Source: a virus
Taxonomy: Duplodnaviria > Caudoviricetes
DNA length: 64,000 nucleotides
IMG/VR virus record: IMGVR_UViG_2933953506_000001
Coordinates: 2,540 to 66,539 of that record
Direction: 5' to 3' (one strand)
Shown here: positions 1 through 9,656 of the stretch, piece after piece
How the letters are laid out: each line of letters starts with the position of its first letter
Position numbering within the stretch: the first letter of the stretch is position 1
Translations under genes and position numbers: made by a program
The notes under the pieces: generated by a model
What the model was told of the DNA's origin: nothing
The model's database searches: none
Seen by the model: only the letters and a program-made list of their open reading frames with translations

Positions 1-150
1 GCAGCGGATCGCTCCGCCGCAGGTGTTGGGCCCGTTGGCGGGGTGGGTTGCGGAGACGTTCTCACCGAAGCCGGCCGAGGGCGAGCACTACGCGTCGACG
101 CATCACGAGTACCGGCTGGGTCACGACCTGCCCGAGACGGGCGGTGCGTG

Positions 151-462
151 ATGGCGACGCCGCTTAAGTCCCGCCCGCTGGCGGATTTGGAGGTCGACTC
201 GGTGCTTGCGGTGGAGGCCGCGTGGGAGCGCCGGTCGCGCGGGCTGAAGCCGTGGACCGTGGGCGAGTTCCTGGATCAGGTCGCCGCTGTGCACGCCCGC
301 TACAACGTGCGCCGCGAATGGCTGCGCAGGCACCCGCAGGGGGCTCCCCAGACGGTGCCGTGCGCTGAGTGTCCGGCGGAGATTCCGGCCGGGCGCACCT
401 TCTGCTCCAGCCGCTGCCGTAACGCGGCCGACTCCCACGACGAGATGGACGGGGACCTGTGA
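151..462 (+). CDS. hypothetical protein with C-terminal CxxC...FCSxxC zinc ribbon
   Basis: CAEC...FCSSRC motif; stop overlaps next start. Confidence 0.6.
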   Translation: MATPLKSRPLADLEVDSVLAVEAAWERRSRGLKPWTVGEFLDQVAAVHARYNVRREWLRRHPQGAPQTVPCAECPAEIPAGRTFCSSRCRNAADSHDEMDGDL

Positions 463-656
463 TGAACGACCACGACCACGACAACCCGGACGAGTTCGAG
501 GCGGGCTGCCCCGCGTGCGAGCTGGACGAGGTGTCGCTCCAGGACACGGGCCGCTCGTGGGCGTACCGGCTGTACCGGCACCCGTCGATGCAGGCGACCG
601 TCCGCCACTTCGGGGCGAACCCGCTGCCCGAGCAGCAGGATCGGCGGTCGGCGTGA
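459..656 (+). CDS. small hypothetical phage protein
   Basis: GTGA coupling on both sides; CPAC motif. Confidence 0.55.
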   Translation: MMNDHDHDNPDEFEAGCPACELDEVSLQDTGRSWAYRLYRHPSMQATVRHFGANPLPEQQDRRSA

Positions 657-1117
657 GTGCCCGCGACCGGATTCACGCGATGCTGCCGATCTGTGACAGT
701 CCGGCCGAGGCCGCGGCCCGCGAGACGGAGATGAACGCCCGCCTCGACGACTACCGCACCGAGGTGCTGGCCGAGGTGACGGCGTGGCTGATCAAGAAGG
801 CCCGCGAGTTCCACGTCCGCAGCCGCAAGCAGGAACGGGCGCAGGGCGACACGTGCGCCAGCCTCGCCTCACAGATCGCCCGGGGTGCGGTCCGCCCGAA
901 CAACGTGGACATGCTGCCCACCGCCGGCTTCTTCGAGGTCGACCACGCCTACCAGTGGCGCGGCGACGAGTTCCGTGTCCTCGCCGTCGACCCCCATCCG
1001 ATCCGCGGCGATCTGACTGCGGTCGGCTGGCTGATCGAAACCGACGGAACATGCCTGATCATCCGCATGACCGGCCCGGAGTGGGAGTCCGGCAAGTGGG
1101 TCGAGGTGACCCCGTGA
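653..1117 (+). CDS. hypothetical phage protein
   Basis: GTG overlapping previous stop; phage-like codon bias. Confidence 0.65.
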   Translation: MSARDRIHAMLPICDSPAEAAARETEMNARLDDYRTEVLAEVTAWLIKKAREFHVRSRKQERAQGDTCASLASQIARGAVRPNNVDMLPTAGFFEVDHAYQWRGDEFRVLAVDPHPIRGDLTAVGWLIETDGTCLIIRMTGPEWESGKWVEVTP

Positions 1118-1374
1118 CCGCCGTGTCCGAACTCGTCGCCCGGCAGCAGGAGCAGGCCGCGCGTGAGGCAGCGCTCCTCGCCGCGATCCGGTCCAGCAAG
1201 CAGACCCGGTGGAAGTCAGGCCACGCCGTCGTCGCCCTCAGGGCGGCTGGCCACTACCCGATCAGTCCCGGCACCGCGTCCCGCATCCTCCAAGCCCTCA
1301 CCTGGGCCGGACACCTGATCGCGCACGACGAGAAGGGCGTCCGCTACTACACCGCGACGGGGGCGGCCTCGTGA
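1114..1374 (+). CDS. small winged-helix-like DNA-binding protein
   Basis: ISPGTASRILQALTWAGHLIAHDEKGVRYY resembles wHTH recognition helix plus wing. Confidence 0.55.
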   Translation: MTAVSELVARQQEQAAREAALLAAIRSSKQTRWKSGHAVVALRAAGHYPISPGTASRILQALTWAGHLIAHDEKGVRYYTATGAAS

Positions 1375-1592
1375 GCCGGCATCGCGTCCGTCACCTCGTC
1401 TGCGACAAGCCGCTGTGCACCGCCCGCTACATCCACGGCGACGGCACCGCCCCGGAAACCGTGCTCCGTCACCACGCGCGCGCCGCCGGATGGAAGCGCA
1501 CCAAGGGCAACCGCGACTACTGCCCCGAACACAACCCGTGGCCCGGATTCGGTGCCTGGGCTCTCTCCAAGACGACGGGGGTGGCCCGGTGA
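1371..1592 (+). CDS. small Cys/His zinc-binding phage protein
   Basis: CDxPxC...AAGW...DYCPEH pattern typical of actinophage small proteins. Confidence 0.6.
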   Translation: MSRHRVRHLVCDKPLCTARYIHGDGTAPETVLRHHARAAGWKRTKGNRDYCPEHNPWPGFGAWALSKTTGVAR

Positions 1593-1792
1593 TGCGCGCC
1601 CTCGCCCTCGACGCCGGGTTCGTCCTGGCCGTCCTCGTCGCCGCCTGCACGGCCACTGCGGCAGTCGCCCTGCTGTTCCCGGCTGCCGCGTACTGCGACG
1701 TCATCGCCGGGATCGCGGCCGGGTGGGCGGCCATGGAGCTCCTGCCCGACCCGCCCTGCCCCTTCCCCTGCTGCCAGAAGGGCCACCAGTGA
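1592..1792 (+). CDS. small membrane protein
   Basis: Two hydrophobic stretches; coupled start/stop. Confidence 0.55.
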   Translation: MRALALDAGFVLAVLVAACTATAAVALLFPAAAYCDVIAGIAAGWAAMELLPDPPCPFPCCQKGHQ

Positions 1793-2631
1793 CCAACCCC
1801 AAGCACGCCCAAGACACCGACAACGGTCGCTACTACAGCGACCCGGCCGGCGGCCCGGACCTCGTGTCCGTCACCAACGTCCTCAACACCAGCGTCCACA
1901 AGCACGCCCTGATCCCGTGGGCCGTCAAGCTCACCGTCGAGTGGATCCTCGACCACCGCATGGAGGTCGCTCGCCGGGCCATCACCGACCGGGCCGCGCT
2001 CGTCAAGGAGCTCAAGCAGATCCACATCGACGTCCGCGACTGCGCATCCGACCTCGGCACCCGCATCCATCGAGCCGCCGAACAGCGCCTCCTCGGAGCG
2101 CCGTTCGCGGTCGAAGCCGAGGTCGCGCCCTATCTCGCCCAGCTGGAGAAGTTCCTCGGCTTCTGGGGTGTCGACGTCGACAAGCACGTCGAGGCCGCAG
2201 AGATCACCTGCCTGCACCGGCGGTTGGGCTACGCGGGCACCGCCGACCTCATGATCTGGCTGCCCACCGGGCCCGGCCGCGTCCTCGAACTGTGGCTGAT
2301 CGACTTCAAGACGTCGGCCACCCGCTCCGCAAAGGACGTCTACCCGGAGAACACCCAGCAGCTCGCCGCTCTCCGCTACTGCGAGTCGGTCCTGCTCCCG
2401 GACGACACCGAGCAGCCGATGCCGAAGATCCAGCGGGCCGGTGTCCTCAACCTGCGGGCCAAGTCCCACGCCCTCGTCGAGATGCCTGCTGGCCGCGACG
2501 CCCACAAGGCGTTCCGTGGGGCTCTCGCCAACGCGCTGTGGCACCACGCCGCCCCTTCCTCCTACCCGGCCCTCCTCGCCCCCGATCAGCCGGTTCCGGC
2601 CCGGTGGCGCAACTATCGAAAGGTGGCCTGA
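1789..2631 (+). CDS. PD-(D/E)XK exonuclease (RecE/Cas4-like recombination nuclease)
   Basis: SVTNVL, GTRIH, E...GYAGTADL...IDFKT, QLAAL motifs. Confidence 0.85.
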   Translation: MTNPKHAQDTDNGRYYSDPAGGPDLVSVTNVLNTSVHKHALIPWAVKLTVEWILDHRMEVARRAITDRAALVKELKQIHIDVRDCASDLGTRIHRAAEQRLLGAPFAVEAEVAPYLAQLEKFLGFWGVDVDKHVEAAEITCLHRRLGYAGTADLMIWLPTGPGRVLELWLIDFKTSATRSAKDVYPENTQQLAALRYCESVLLPDDTEQPMPKIQRAGVLNLRAKSHALVEMPAGRDAHKAFRGALANALWHHAAPSSYPALLAPDQPVPARWRNYRKVA

Positions 2632-2634
2632 CCG

Positions 2635-3681
2635 ATGGGCTCCCGAATCCGCACCGCACAAAAGCAAGCCCGCGAACTGGGCCGTCTGCGCACCGGCTAC
2701 AGCATCCCCAACGACGACCCGAAGAAGCGGCCCCGGCCGGTCAAGTCGAAGACGTGGGTGATCAGCAGCCACGCCGAGCATTACGTGACTGCCGCCGCCA
2801 ACGCCTGGGGCGGCAAGGTCGAGCGCTGGCAGCCCCAGGGCAACGGCGCCCCCCAGTTCCGGGTGATCACCGATGCCGAGCTGATCGAGGCGATCCTTCC
2901 GCCCGGAGACCCGCTGTCCCAGGCCAACGAGATGTGGAACAAGGGCGGGTGCGTCCGCCGCTGCGACGGCGCGATCGAGCAGATCAGCCGCCACCCGTGC
3001 CTGTGCCTCGCCGAGCACGGCCCGGAATGGCACCTGCTGCGCCAGGACCTGTACACCAAGGACAAGGTGTGCGCCGCCACCTCCAGGCTGAACGTCGTCC
3101 TGCCAGACATGCCCGACGTCGGCGTATGGCGGGTGGAGACGCACTCCTGGTACGCCGCGAACGAACTCGCCGGAACCGTCGACATGGTGCTGTCCGGCAC
3201 CGGCGGCAAGGGCCTCGTTCCGGTCACCTTGCGGATCGAGCCGCGCACCCGGGTGGCGGGCGGTCAGACGAAGCACTTCCCGGTGGTCGTCGTCGAGATC
3301 CGGGGCGTTACGACTCGGCAGGCGTTGACCGGGCCGCTGCCCACTGCGGTTGCGCTGGACCCGACCGGCACGCGGGCGGTCGCCGCGATCGAGGCTCCGC
3401 GCCCGGACTACCTCGCTGATGCGGCGGGCGCGTTGACGGTCGACGACGTGCAGGACGTGTACCGGGCAGCGCACGCCGCGGGCCACCTCACGGACGACCT
3501 GATCGCGGCCCTGAAGGCGCGGGCGGCCGAGGTCAAGGCGGAGGAAGAGAAGCGCTCTGACGGCGTCGGATCCGGCGAGGCCGGTCCGGACGACGAGGGC
3601 GTGTACACGGCCGAGGTCGTCGACGACGGCCCCCGCGAGCCGGCCACTTGGCCCGCGGCCGCGCGGCCCGGCAGCAAGTAG
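2635..3681 (+). CDS. phiC31 gp3-like recombination directionality factor / recombination protein
   Basis: ELGRLRTG, WGG, RRCDG...CLC...C, GVWRVETHSWYAA motifs recalled from Gp3-like family; next to exonuclease. Confidence 0.7.
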   Translation: MGSRIRTAQKQARELGRLRTGYSIPNDDPKKRPRPVKSKTWVISSHAEHYVTAAANAWGGKVERWQPQGNGAPQFRVITDAELIEAILPPGDPLSQANEMWNKGGCVRRCDGAIEQISRHPCLCLAEHGPEWHLLRQDLYTKDKVCAATSRLNVVLPDMPDVGVWRVETHSWYAANELAGTVDMVLSGTGGKGLVPVTLRIEPRTRVAGGQTKHFPVVVVEIRGVTTRQALTGPLPTAVALDPTGTRAVAAIEAPRPDYLADAAGALTVDDVQDVYRAAHAAGHLTDDLIAALKARAAEVKAEEEKRSDGVGSGEAGPDDEGVYTAEVVDDGPREPATWPAAARPGSK

Positions 3682-3750
3682 CCCATTTCGCACCGGGGCG
3701 GCCCGCACCCGTAATGCGGGCCGTCCCGGCTCACACAGGAGACCACACAC

Positions 3751-4479
3751 ATGAACCAGCCCACACCGTGGCACCTCGGCCGACTGGCCGGCTTCGATAC
3801 GGAATCCACGGGCGTCGACGTTGAGAAGGACCGGATCGTCACCGCGTGCATCGTCGAGGTCGGCGGCAGCGCCCCGGCCCTCCCCGCAAACTGGCTCCTC
3901 GACCCGAAGGTCGATATCCCGGAGGCCGCGACCGCGGTCCACGGAATCAGCACCGAACGCGCCCAGGCGGAAGGCCAGGACGCCGCCGAGGGCATCGCGC
4001 AGATCGTCGCCGCTCTCACGCAGGTCGTTCTCGCGGGGACGCCGATCGTCATCATGAACGCCCCCTACGACCTCACCCTGTTGGACCGGGAGGCACGCAG
4101 GTACGGCATCAAGACGTTGACGGACACCGTCGGCCGGGACCTGCGCGTCATCGATCCCCGCGTCCTCGACAAGCGGGTCGACCCGTACCGGCGCGGCAAG
4201 CGCACGCTGACCGACCTGTGCGCCCACTACCAAGTCCCGCTGGACGGCGCGCACTCGGCGGACGCCGACGCCATCGCCGCGTGCCGGGTCGCTTGGCGGA
4301 TCGCCTCCACCCACGGCGAGATCGGCAAGGCGTTCCTCGACGAGCTCCACGAACTGCAGGAGACCTGGGCTGCCGCGCAGGCGGCGTCGTTCCAGGAGTA
4401 CCTGCGCCAGAAGGACCCCAACGCGGTGATCGACGGTTCGTGGCCGCTGCGCCCCGCCCAGACGGGAGACGCCCGATGA
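3751..4479 (+). CDS. DnaQ-like DEDDh 3'-5' exonuclease
   Basis: FDTESTG (ExoI), NAPYD (ExoII), HSADADA (ExoIII); AGGAG RBS. Confidence 0.92.
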   Translation: MNQPTPWHLGRLAGFDTESTGVDVEKDRIVTACIVEVGGSAPALPANWLLDPKVDIPEAATAVHGISTERAQAEGQDAAEGIAQIVAALTQVVLAGTPIVIMNAPYDLTLLDREARRYGIKTLTDTVGRDLRVIDPRVLDKRVDPYRRGKRTLTDLCAHYQVPLDGAHSADADAIAACRVAWRIASTHGEIGKAFLDELHELQETWAAAQAASFQEYLRQKDPNAVIDGSWPLRPAQTGDAR

Positions 4480-4853
4480 GACTCCAACTCCCGTTCGTCA
4501 CCCGGCGCCGGCACGAAGCCGCGCTCGCCGCCGAGCAGGCCGAGACCCTGCGGGTGAAGAAGGTCAAGGACGGCTGGTGGCAGCGCCACGACCGTGTGGC
4601 CGAGGAACTCGCCGCGGTCAGCATCGTCAACGCCTGCCTCACCGAGGCCAACACCGAACTCCGTGAGCAGCTCGCCGAGCTCCGGGCGCAGTTGAGCGAC
4701 AGTGCCGCCACCTACTGGAGTGCGGAGGCGCGGCGGGAGAAGAGGCGCGCCGACCGGCTGCAGAAGCAGTACGACGACGCGGTCGGCCTTACCGGCGCAC
4801 GGCCGCAGGACTCCAGCCGTTGGCAGCCCGGCTACAAGGAGGCCGGAGCATGA
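4476..4853 (+). CDS. coiled-coil hypothetical protein
   Basis: ATGA overlap; heptad-rich. Confidence 0.6.
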   Translation: MRLQLPFVTRRRHEAALAAEQAETLRVKKVKDGWWQRHDRVAEELAAVSIVNACLTEANTELREQLAELRAQLSDSAATYWSAEARREKRRADRLQKQYDDAVGLTGARPQDSSRWQPGYKEAGA

Positions 4854-5161
4854 ACGGCACCGCGCAGGCCGGGCTCGGCTATCTCGCACTGTTCTTCGTC
4901 CTCGGAGCGCTCCTGATCCGCTACGGGGCCACGGGCGGCAAGCCCCGCCGGCACCGCGGGCCGCGTGCCCCGCGCCGGATCGAGGTCGAAGTCCCCGGCC
5001 ACCACCTGATCCCCGCACTCGCTGGCCCGGGCTGGCCGCAACCCGCGTTCCGGCACTGCATCGGCTGCCAGCACACGGTCCCGGTCGTCGTCCACGACCA
5101 CGCCCACCGCTGCGACGCAGGCCACACCACCATCCACGCCACCACGGGGGACCACCGATGA
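4850..5161 (+). CDS. membrane-anchored protein with CxxC/HxC motifs
   Basis: N-terminal TM segment; coupled. Confidence 0.55.
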   Translation: MNGTAQAGLGYLALFFVLGALLIRYGATGGKPRRHRGPRAPRRIEVEVPGHHLIPALAGPGWPQPAFRHCIGCQHTVPVVVHDHAHRCDAGHTTIHATTGDHR

Positions 5162-6747
5162 CGCTCCATCGCAACGACGCGCCCACATGCAATGCCGAGT
5201 TCACCGGCACGGGCGGCCCCTCAAAGTGCATCCTGTCCGAAGGCCACGCCCCGGCCTCCGCCAGCTTCCTCCACAGCGACGGCCGCTACCGGTGGGGGCG
5301 CCCAAGCCCCGAGCAGGCCACAACAGTCAGGAAGACCTGGCCGTCAGCCCCCGCGCTGGTCAACTGGCGCACCCTCGCCGCCGACTGCACCGACGGCTTC
5401 GCCGGCGCGGGCGGATCCTCCTCCGGCATCCGCCAGGCCGGAGGCCACGTCCGTACCGCCCTCAACCACTGGCGTCTCGCCGTCGACGTCCACCAGGCCA
5501 ACCACGAAGACACCGACCACGACTGCGCCGACATCTCCCAGGTCGACCCGCGCCGCTACCCCACCACCACCTTCGCCTGGTTCAGCCCCAGCTGCACCAA
5601 CCACTCCATCGCCAAGGGCGCCCGCCGTCACCGCGACGCCACGCCGGACCTGTTCGGCGAGGTCCTGCCCGACGAGGCCGCGGAGCGCTCCCGGGCCACC
5701 ATGTGGGACGTCGTCCGCTTCGCCGAGTACCACCGCTACCGGGCGATCATCGTCGAGAACGTCGTCGACGCACGCGACTGGATCCTGTGGCCCGCCTGGA
5801 TCGCCGCCATGCACGCCATGAAGTACCGATCCCGGACCGTGTGCCTCAACAGCATGCACGCCCAGGCCCTCGGCGACGGGGCACCGCAATCCCGCGACCG
5901 CATGTACGTCGTGTTCTGGCTGGAAGGCGAACGCGAGCCGGACTTCGACCGCTTCACCCGCCCCTCGGCGTACTGCCCGCACTGCGACCGCACCGTGCGC
6001 GCCGTACAAGCATGGAAGAACCCGCAGCGCCGCTACGGCAAGTACAAGCAGCAGTACGTGTGGCGTTGCCCCACCGCCCGCTGCCACGCCGAGGTCTTCC
6101 CCGCGGTCCGGCCGGCCGCCGACGCCATCGACTGGACGCTCCCCGCGGTCCGGATCGGGGACCGGGCGCGGCCGCTCGCCGTGAAGACGATGACGAGGGT
6201 CTCGGACGGCTACAACACCTACGGCGTGCCGCTCCTCGTGCCGGTCGAGGGCCGCGAAGGCAAGGTGGCCCGTCCGGCTGACCAGCCCATGCGAACCTGC
6301 ACGGCCCGCAACGAGACCGGCGTCGCCGTCCCGCCGTACATCGTCGAACTCCGCGGTGGCGGTTCCAGCCACCGTGCCGTGACCGAGCCGCTCGCCACGG
6401 TGTGCGCGTCCGGGAATCACCACGGCCTAGCTGTGCCGGACCTGGTCGTGCCGTACTACGGCAACGGCAACGCCCGCCCGGCCACCGACCCGCTGCCGAC
6501 CGTGACCACGGTGGATCGTCACGCGCTGCTGAAGGGCGCGGTTGTCTCCTCGGTCGAAGATCTCGGCTTCCGGATGCTGGAGCCGTTCGAATACGCGGCG
6601 GCCATGGACTTCCCCGAGGACTACATCTGGCTCGGCAACAAGCGGGAGCGGGTCCGCTTGTCGGGGAACGCCGTGACGCGGTGCGCGGCCAGGGACCTGT
6701 TCGCGATGGTCTCGCAGGCCGTCCTCGGCGAGGAGGCTGCGGCGTGA
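5158..6747 (+). CDS. DNA (cytosine-5)-methyltransferase
   Basis: Motif I DGFAGAGG, IV SPSC, VI ENV, VIII QSRDR, X GNAV. Confidence 0.93.
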   Translation: MTLHRNDAPTCNAEFTGTGGPSKCILSEGHAPASASFLHSDGRYRWGRPSPEQATTVRKTWPSAPALVNWRTLAADCTDGFAGAGGSSSGIRQAGGHVRTALNHWRLAVDVHQANHEDTDHDCADISQVDPRRYPTTTFAWFSPSCTNHSIAKGARRHRDATPDLFGEVLPDEAAERSRATMWDVVRFAEYHRYRAIIVENVVDARDWILWPAWIAAMHAMKYRSRTVCLNSMHAQALGDGAPQSRDRMYVVFWLEGEREPDFDRFTRPSAYCPHCDRTVRAVQAWKNPQRRYGKYKQQYVWRCPTARCHAEVFPAVRPAADAIDWTLPAVRIGDRARPLAVKTMTRVSDGYNTYGVPLLVPVEGREGKVARPADQPMRTCTARNETGVAVPPYIVELRGGGSSHRAVTEPLATVCASGNHHGLAVPDLVVPYYGNGNARPATDPLPTVTTVDRHALLKGAVVSSVEDLGFRMLEPFEYAAAMDFPEDYIWLGNKRERVRLSGNAVTRCAARDLFAMVSQAVLGEEAAA

Positions 6748-7646
6748 CCACCACCCCCATGTTCGACGTCGAGGCACCGGCCGCCCACGCGGCGGCCGAG
6801 CCCCGCGAAGCCCCCCACCACCGCAACCTCACCTGCGTCAAGATCTACCGCTGCCGTCGGCCGGACTGCCTCAAACGGTCAGCCGACTACGACCGCAACC
6901 GCAACCGGCTCGTCGCCTACGGCCGGTGGCAGCCCCTCATCGACGCCGAACCCACCCGCCAGCACATCCGCATGCTCGGCACCTACGGCATCGGATGGCA
7001 GCGCGTCTGCCGCCTCTCCGGAGCAGCCTGCGGCTGCGTCTCCCGAATCCTGTACGGCGACCACACCCGCGGCTACGTCCCAACCAAACGCGTCCGCATC
7101 TTCACCGCCGACCGGATCACCGCAGTCCGCCCGGACTTCGACAACGTCGCACCCGGCACCGGCGTCGACGCCACCGGAACCCGGCGCCGGCTTCAAGCCC
7201 TCGTCGCCAACGGCTGGCCGCAGCAGCGGCTCGGGCAGGAGCTCGGCTTCAACCACTACCGCCAGGTCTGGGAAATGATCCGCAAGGAGGCGGTCGCGGT
7301 GGCCACGGTCCGCCAGGTCCGGGACCTCTACGACGCGCTGTGGAACGTCGACCCGGCCAGCCGCGACATCGCACCCCGCTACATCGCGCAGGCCAAACGA
7401 ATCGCCGGAGCCAACAGTTGGGTGCCGCCGGGGGCGTGGGACGACGACTACATCGACAGCCCGGCCGCCGTACCCGATCTCGGCGAGACGGTCAGCGCGT
7501 ACGCCGCGCTCAGCGAGGACGCGCTGTGGCTGATGGGCGAGCACGGCTACACCCGTGAGCAGGCCGCGCACCGTCTCGGCATCACCTCCCGGCATCTGGA
7601 GCGGGCCCTGTCCTGGGCGCGGGCCGAGCAGGAGGTGGCTGCGTGA
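6744..7646 (+). CDS. multi-HTH DNA-binding phage protein
   Basis: GTRRRLQALVANGW and C-terminal TREQAAHRLGITSRHLER HTH. Confidence 0.75.
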   Translation: MTTTPMFDVEAPAAHAAAEPREAPHHRNLTCVKIYRCRRPDCLKRSADYDRNRNRLVAYGRWQPLIDAEPTRQHIRMLGTYGIGWQRVCRLSGAACGCVSRILYGDHTRGYVPTKRVRIFTADRITAVRPDFDNVAPGTGVDATGTRRRLQALVANGWPQQRLGQELGFNHYRQVWEMIRKEAVAVATVRQVRDLYDALWNVDPASRDIAPRYIAQAKRIAGANSWVPPGAWDDDYIDSPAAVPDLGETVSAYAALSEDALWLMGEHGYTREQAAHRLGITSRHLERALSWARAEQEVAA

Positions 7647-8311
7647 TCGGCGTCAGTCACATGGTGCCCGACACTGCGGGCCGCGCTACCGACTGGCGGG
7701 ATGCTGCCGCCTGCCGCACCGAGGACCCAGAGCTGTTCTTCCCGAAGGGCTACGACGGCTCCATCAACCTCGCCCAGGTTGAGCAGGCTAAGGCCGTCTG
7801 CCAGCGCTGCCCGTCCAGGCCCGCATGCCTCGCATTCGCGCTCGCCAGCAACATCACCGACGGCATCTTCGGCGGCTACACCCACGACGAACGCCGCAAA
7901 GGCAAACACATCCACCCCGACATCCCGGAGGAAGACCCGGCGCCGGCCACACCGCAGGAGGCGTTCATGCGGCGCAGCGACGCCGTGCGTGGCGGGCACC
8001 GCTCCTGGCGTGGCGCCCCGAAGCTGAAGTGGAAGGGCACCACTTACAACCCGCTCCACATCGCGTTCCTGATGGCCCACGGCCGTAGCCCCGTAGGGCT
8101 GATCCGCCGCTCGTGTGCCTTCTACGGCTGTCATGCGGGCGAGCACCTCACGGACGGCCCGCTCCGCGACGTGGGCGCGATGTGCGGCACACGGTCTGGC
8201 TACAACCGGCACAAGAAGCGTGGGGAGAAAGCCTGCCAGCCGTGCCGGGCTGCGAACACGCAGGCGGACAAGCGGTGGCGGGCGACGGGCACCACGAGGG
8301 CCGCGGTATGA
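7643..8311 (+). CDS. whiB: WhiB-family transcription factor with C-terminal HNH-like and zinc-finger extensions
   Basis: W...AAC...PELFFP...C-x2-C-x5-C...GIFGG; tail CGTRSGYNRH...CQPC. Confidence 0.9.
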   Translation: MIGVSHMVPDTAGRATDWRDAAACRTEDPELFFPKGYDGSINLAQVEQAKAVCQRCPSRPACLAFALASNITDGIFGGYTHDERRKGKHIHPDIPEEDPAPATPQEAFMRRSDAVRGGHRSWRGAPKLKWKGTTYNPLHIAFLMAHGRSPVGLIRRSCAFYGCHAGEHLTDGPLRDVGAMCGTRSGYNRHKKRGEKACQPCRAANTQADKRWRATGTTRAAV

Positions 8312-8427
8312 GCGCCCCCACTCCGGAGCCGTCCGTGCCTGTGGCGCAGGCCGCCGTCGACCACAAGACCACCTGACAGCAGCCCCGGCCGCGGACATCG
8401 GCCGGGGCCCGGAACAAGGAGACCAGC

Positions 8428-8721
8428 ATGAAGACGCGTTCCGCCAGTCGCTACGTGACGATCACCACCGACGTCGAGGTCGATATCTCCGACTACCTCA
8501 CCGACGTCAGCAACGACGAACTGTCCGAGTTCGGGCTGCACCGCGACGACGCCTGCAACGGCGACCCGCACGGTGCGGTCGAGAGCCTGCACAGCGCCCT
8601 CAACGCGCTCCACCAGCAGGCACATCCGGATCAGCCGCTGTTCGTCGACACGTGCCTGCGCGAGCCGTGCCGGTCACTGCCCCTGCGCCAGTTCCCGAAC
8701 CTCGGCCGCGCACAGCACTGA
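8428..8721 (+). CDS. hypothetical protein
   Basis: AAGGAG RBS; H/C-rich C-terminus. Confidence 0.65.
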   Translation: MKTRSASRYVTITTDVEVDISDYLTDVSNDELSEFGLHRDDACNGDPHGAVESLHSALNALHQQAHPDQPLFVDTCLREPCRSLPLRQFPNLGRAQH

Positions 8722-8827
8722 CCATCCCTCCCGGCGCGCCGCCCCCACGGCGCGTCACCGGGTCGGGCCCCGCACTTCCCCCAACGCGGCGGCCCGACCC
8801 GGACCCCAGACCCGATCGGAGGAACCG

Positions 8828-9151
8828 ATGCCCGCCCAACAACCCACCCTCGACGGCACCCTCCCGCAACCCGCCGGCGACTACCACAGCTGGGTCGACG
8901 AGGTCCGCGAAGCCTTCGTCGAAGCCGCGCGTACTGGCCGGCGCTTCACTTCGTACGAGATCGCCAAAGCCAACGAACTCCCCGAGCCCGCGAACCCGAA
9001 AGCCGACTGGGGCAACTTCGTGCAATCCCTCGTTCGCGACCAGGTGATCGAGCAGTGCGGCTGGGACGAGACCCAGCGCCCGGGCGGAGAGCACTCCGGC
9101 GTGAAGGTCTGGCGCGGCACCCGCGCCGCACAAGCCGGGAGGCTCGCATGA
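8828..9151 (+). CDS. hypothetical winged-helix-like protein
   Basis: GGAGG RBS; FTSYEIAK...WG...VKVWRG. Confidence 0.65.
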   Translation: MPAQQPTLDGTLPQPAGDYHSWVDEVREAFVEAARTGRRFTSYEIAKANELPEPANPKADWGNFVQSLVRDQVIEQCGWDETQRPGGEHSGVKVWRGTRAAQAGRLA

Positions 9152-9354
9152 CCGGCATCCCCACCCGCGGCGAAGCCCGCATCCGCCTCCGCGAGAAAGC
9201 CGCCCGCCTCTACATCGAGGGCTGCACCATCGCCTCCACCGCCCGCCAAATCGGCCGCTCCTACGGCTGCACCCGGCAACTGCTCCTCGAAGCCGGCGTG
9301 CGCCTCCGACGACCCGGCGGCCAGCGCGTGACCAGCTTCCGGAGGGCCGTCTGA
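9148..9354 (+). CDS. small HTH DNA-binding protein
   Basis: LYIEGCTIASTARQIGRSYGCTRQLLLEAGVRLR. Confidence 0.8.
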   Translation: MTGIPTRGEARIRLREKAARLYIEGCTIASTARQIGRSYGCTRQLLLEAGVRLRRPGGQRVTSFRRAV

Positions 9355-9602
9355 TGGCCCGCTCGATCGGCATGGCCGCCGACGCCACCGTCTACCGCGC
9401 CGTCATCACCAAGCATCTGCGCGACGGCACCACGGTCACCGAGTACGAGGGCCCCTACGGATCCATCGGCGCAGCCCGCGCCCGCGTCTCGTTCTGGACC
9501 AACTACATGGCCGTCCTCGACGAGGAGACCTGCGAGCCCACCGGGGAGAGCCGGGCGTCCGGCTACGTCGAACAGGGCTCCGTCGCCTGGACGCGGACCT
9601 GA
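9354..9602 (+). CDS. hypothetical protein
   Basis: TGATG coupling; EGPYGSIGAARAR motif. Confidence 0.65.
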   Translation: MARSIGMAADATVYRAVITKHLRDGTTVTEYEGPYGSIGAARARVSFWTNYMAVLDEETCEPTGESRASGYVEQGSVAWTRT

Positions 9603-9617
9603 CCACAGCACGACGAA

Positions 9618-9638
9618 GGCCCCGCACACGGCGGGGCC
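9618..9638. terminator. hairpin between convergent genes
   Basis: ggccccgc-acacg-gcggggcc inverted repeat. Confidence 0.55.
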
Positions 9639-9656
9639 AGGGAGGAGACGACAGTG

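Noticed and set aside
1789-2631. Cas4-like nuclease as sign of a CRISPR system
   Set aside because: No repeat-spacer array or other cas genes; no 4-Cys Fe-S pattern; phage recombination context
1216-4350. 1044-aa minus-strand ORF
   Set aside because: Antisense shadow of well-supported plus-strand genes; typical high-GC artefact
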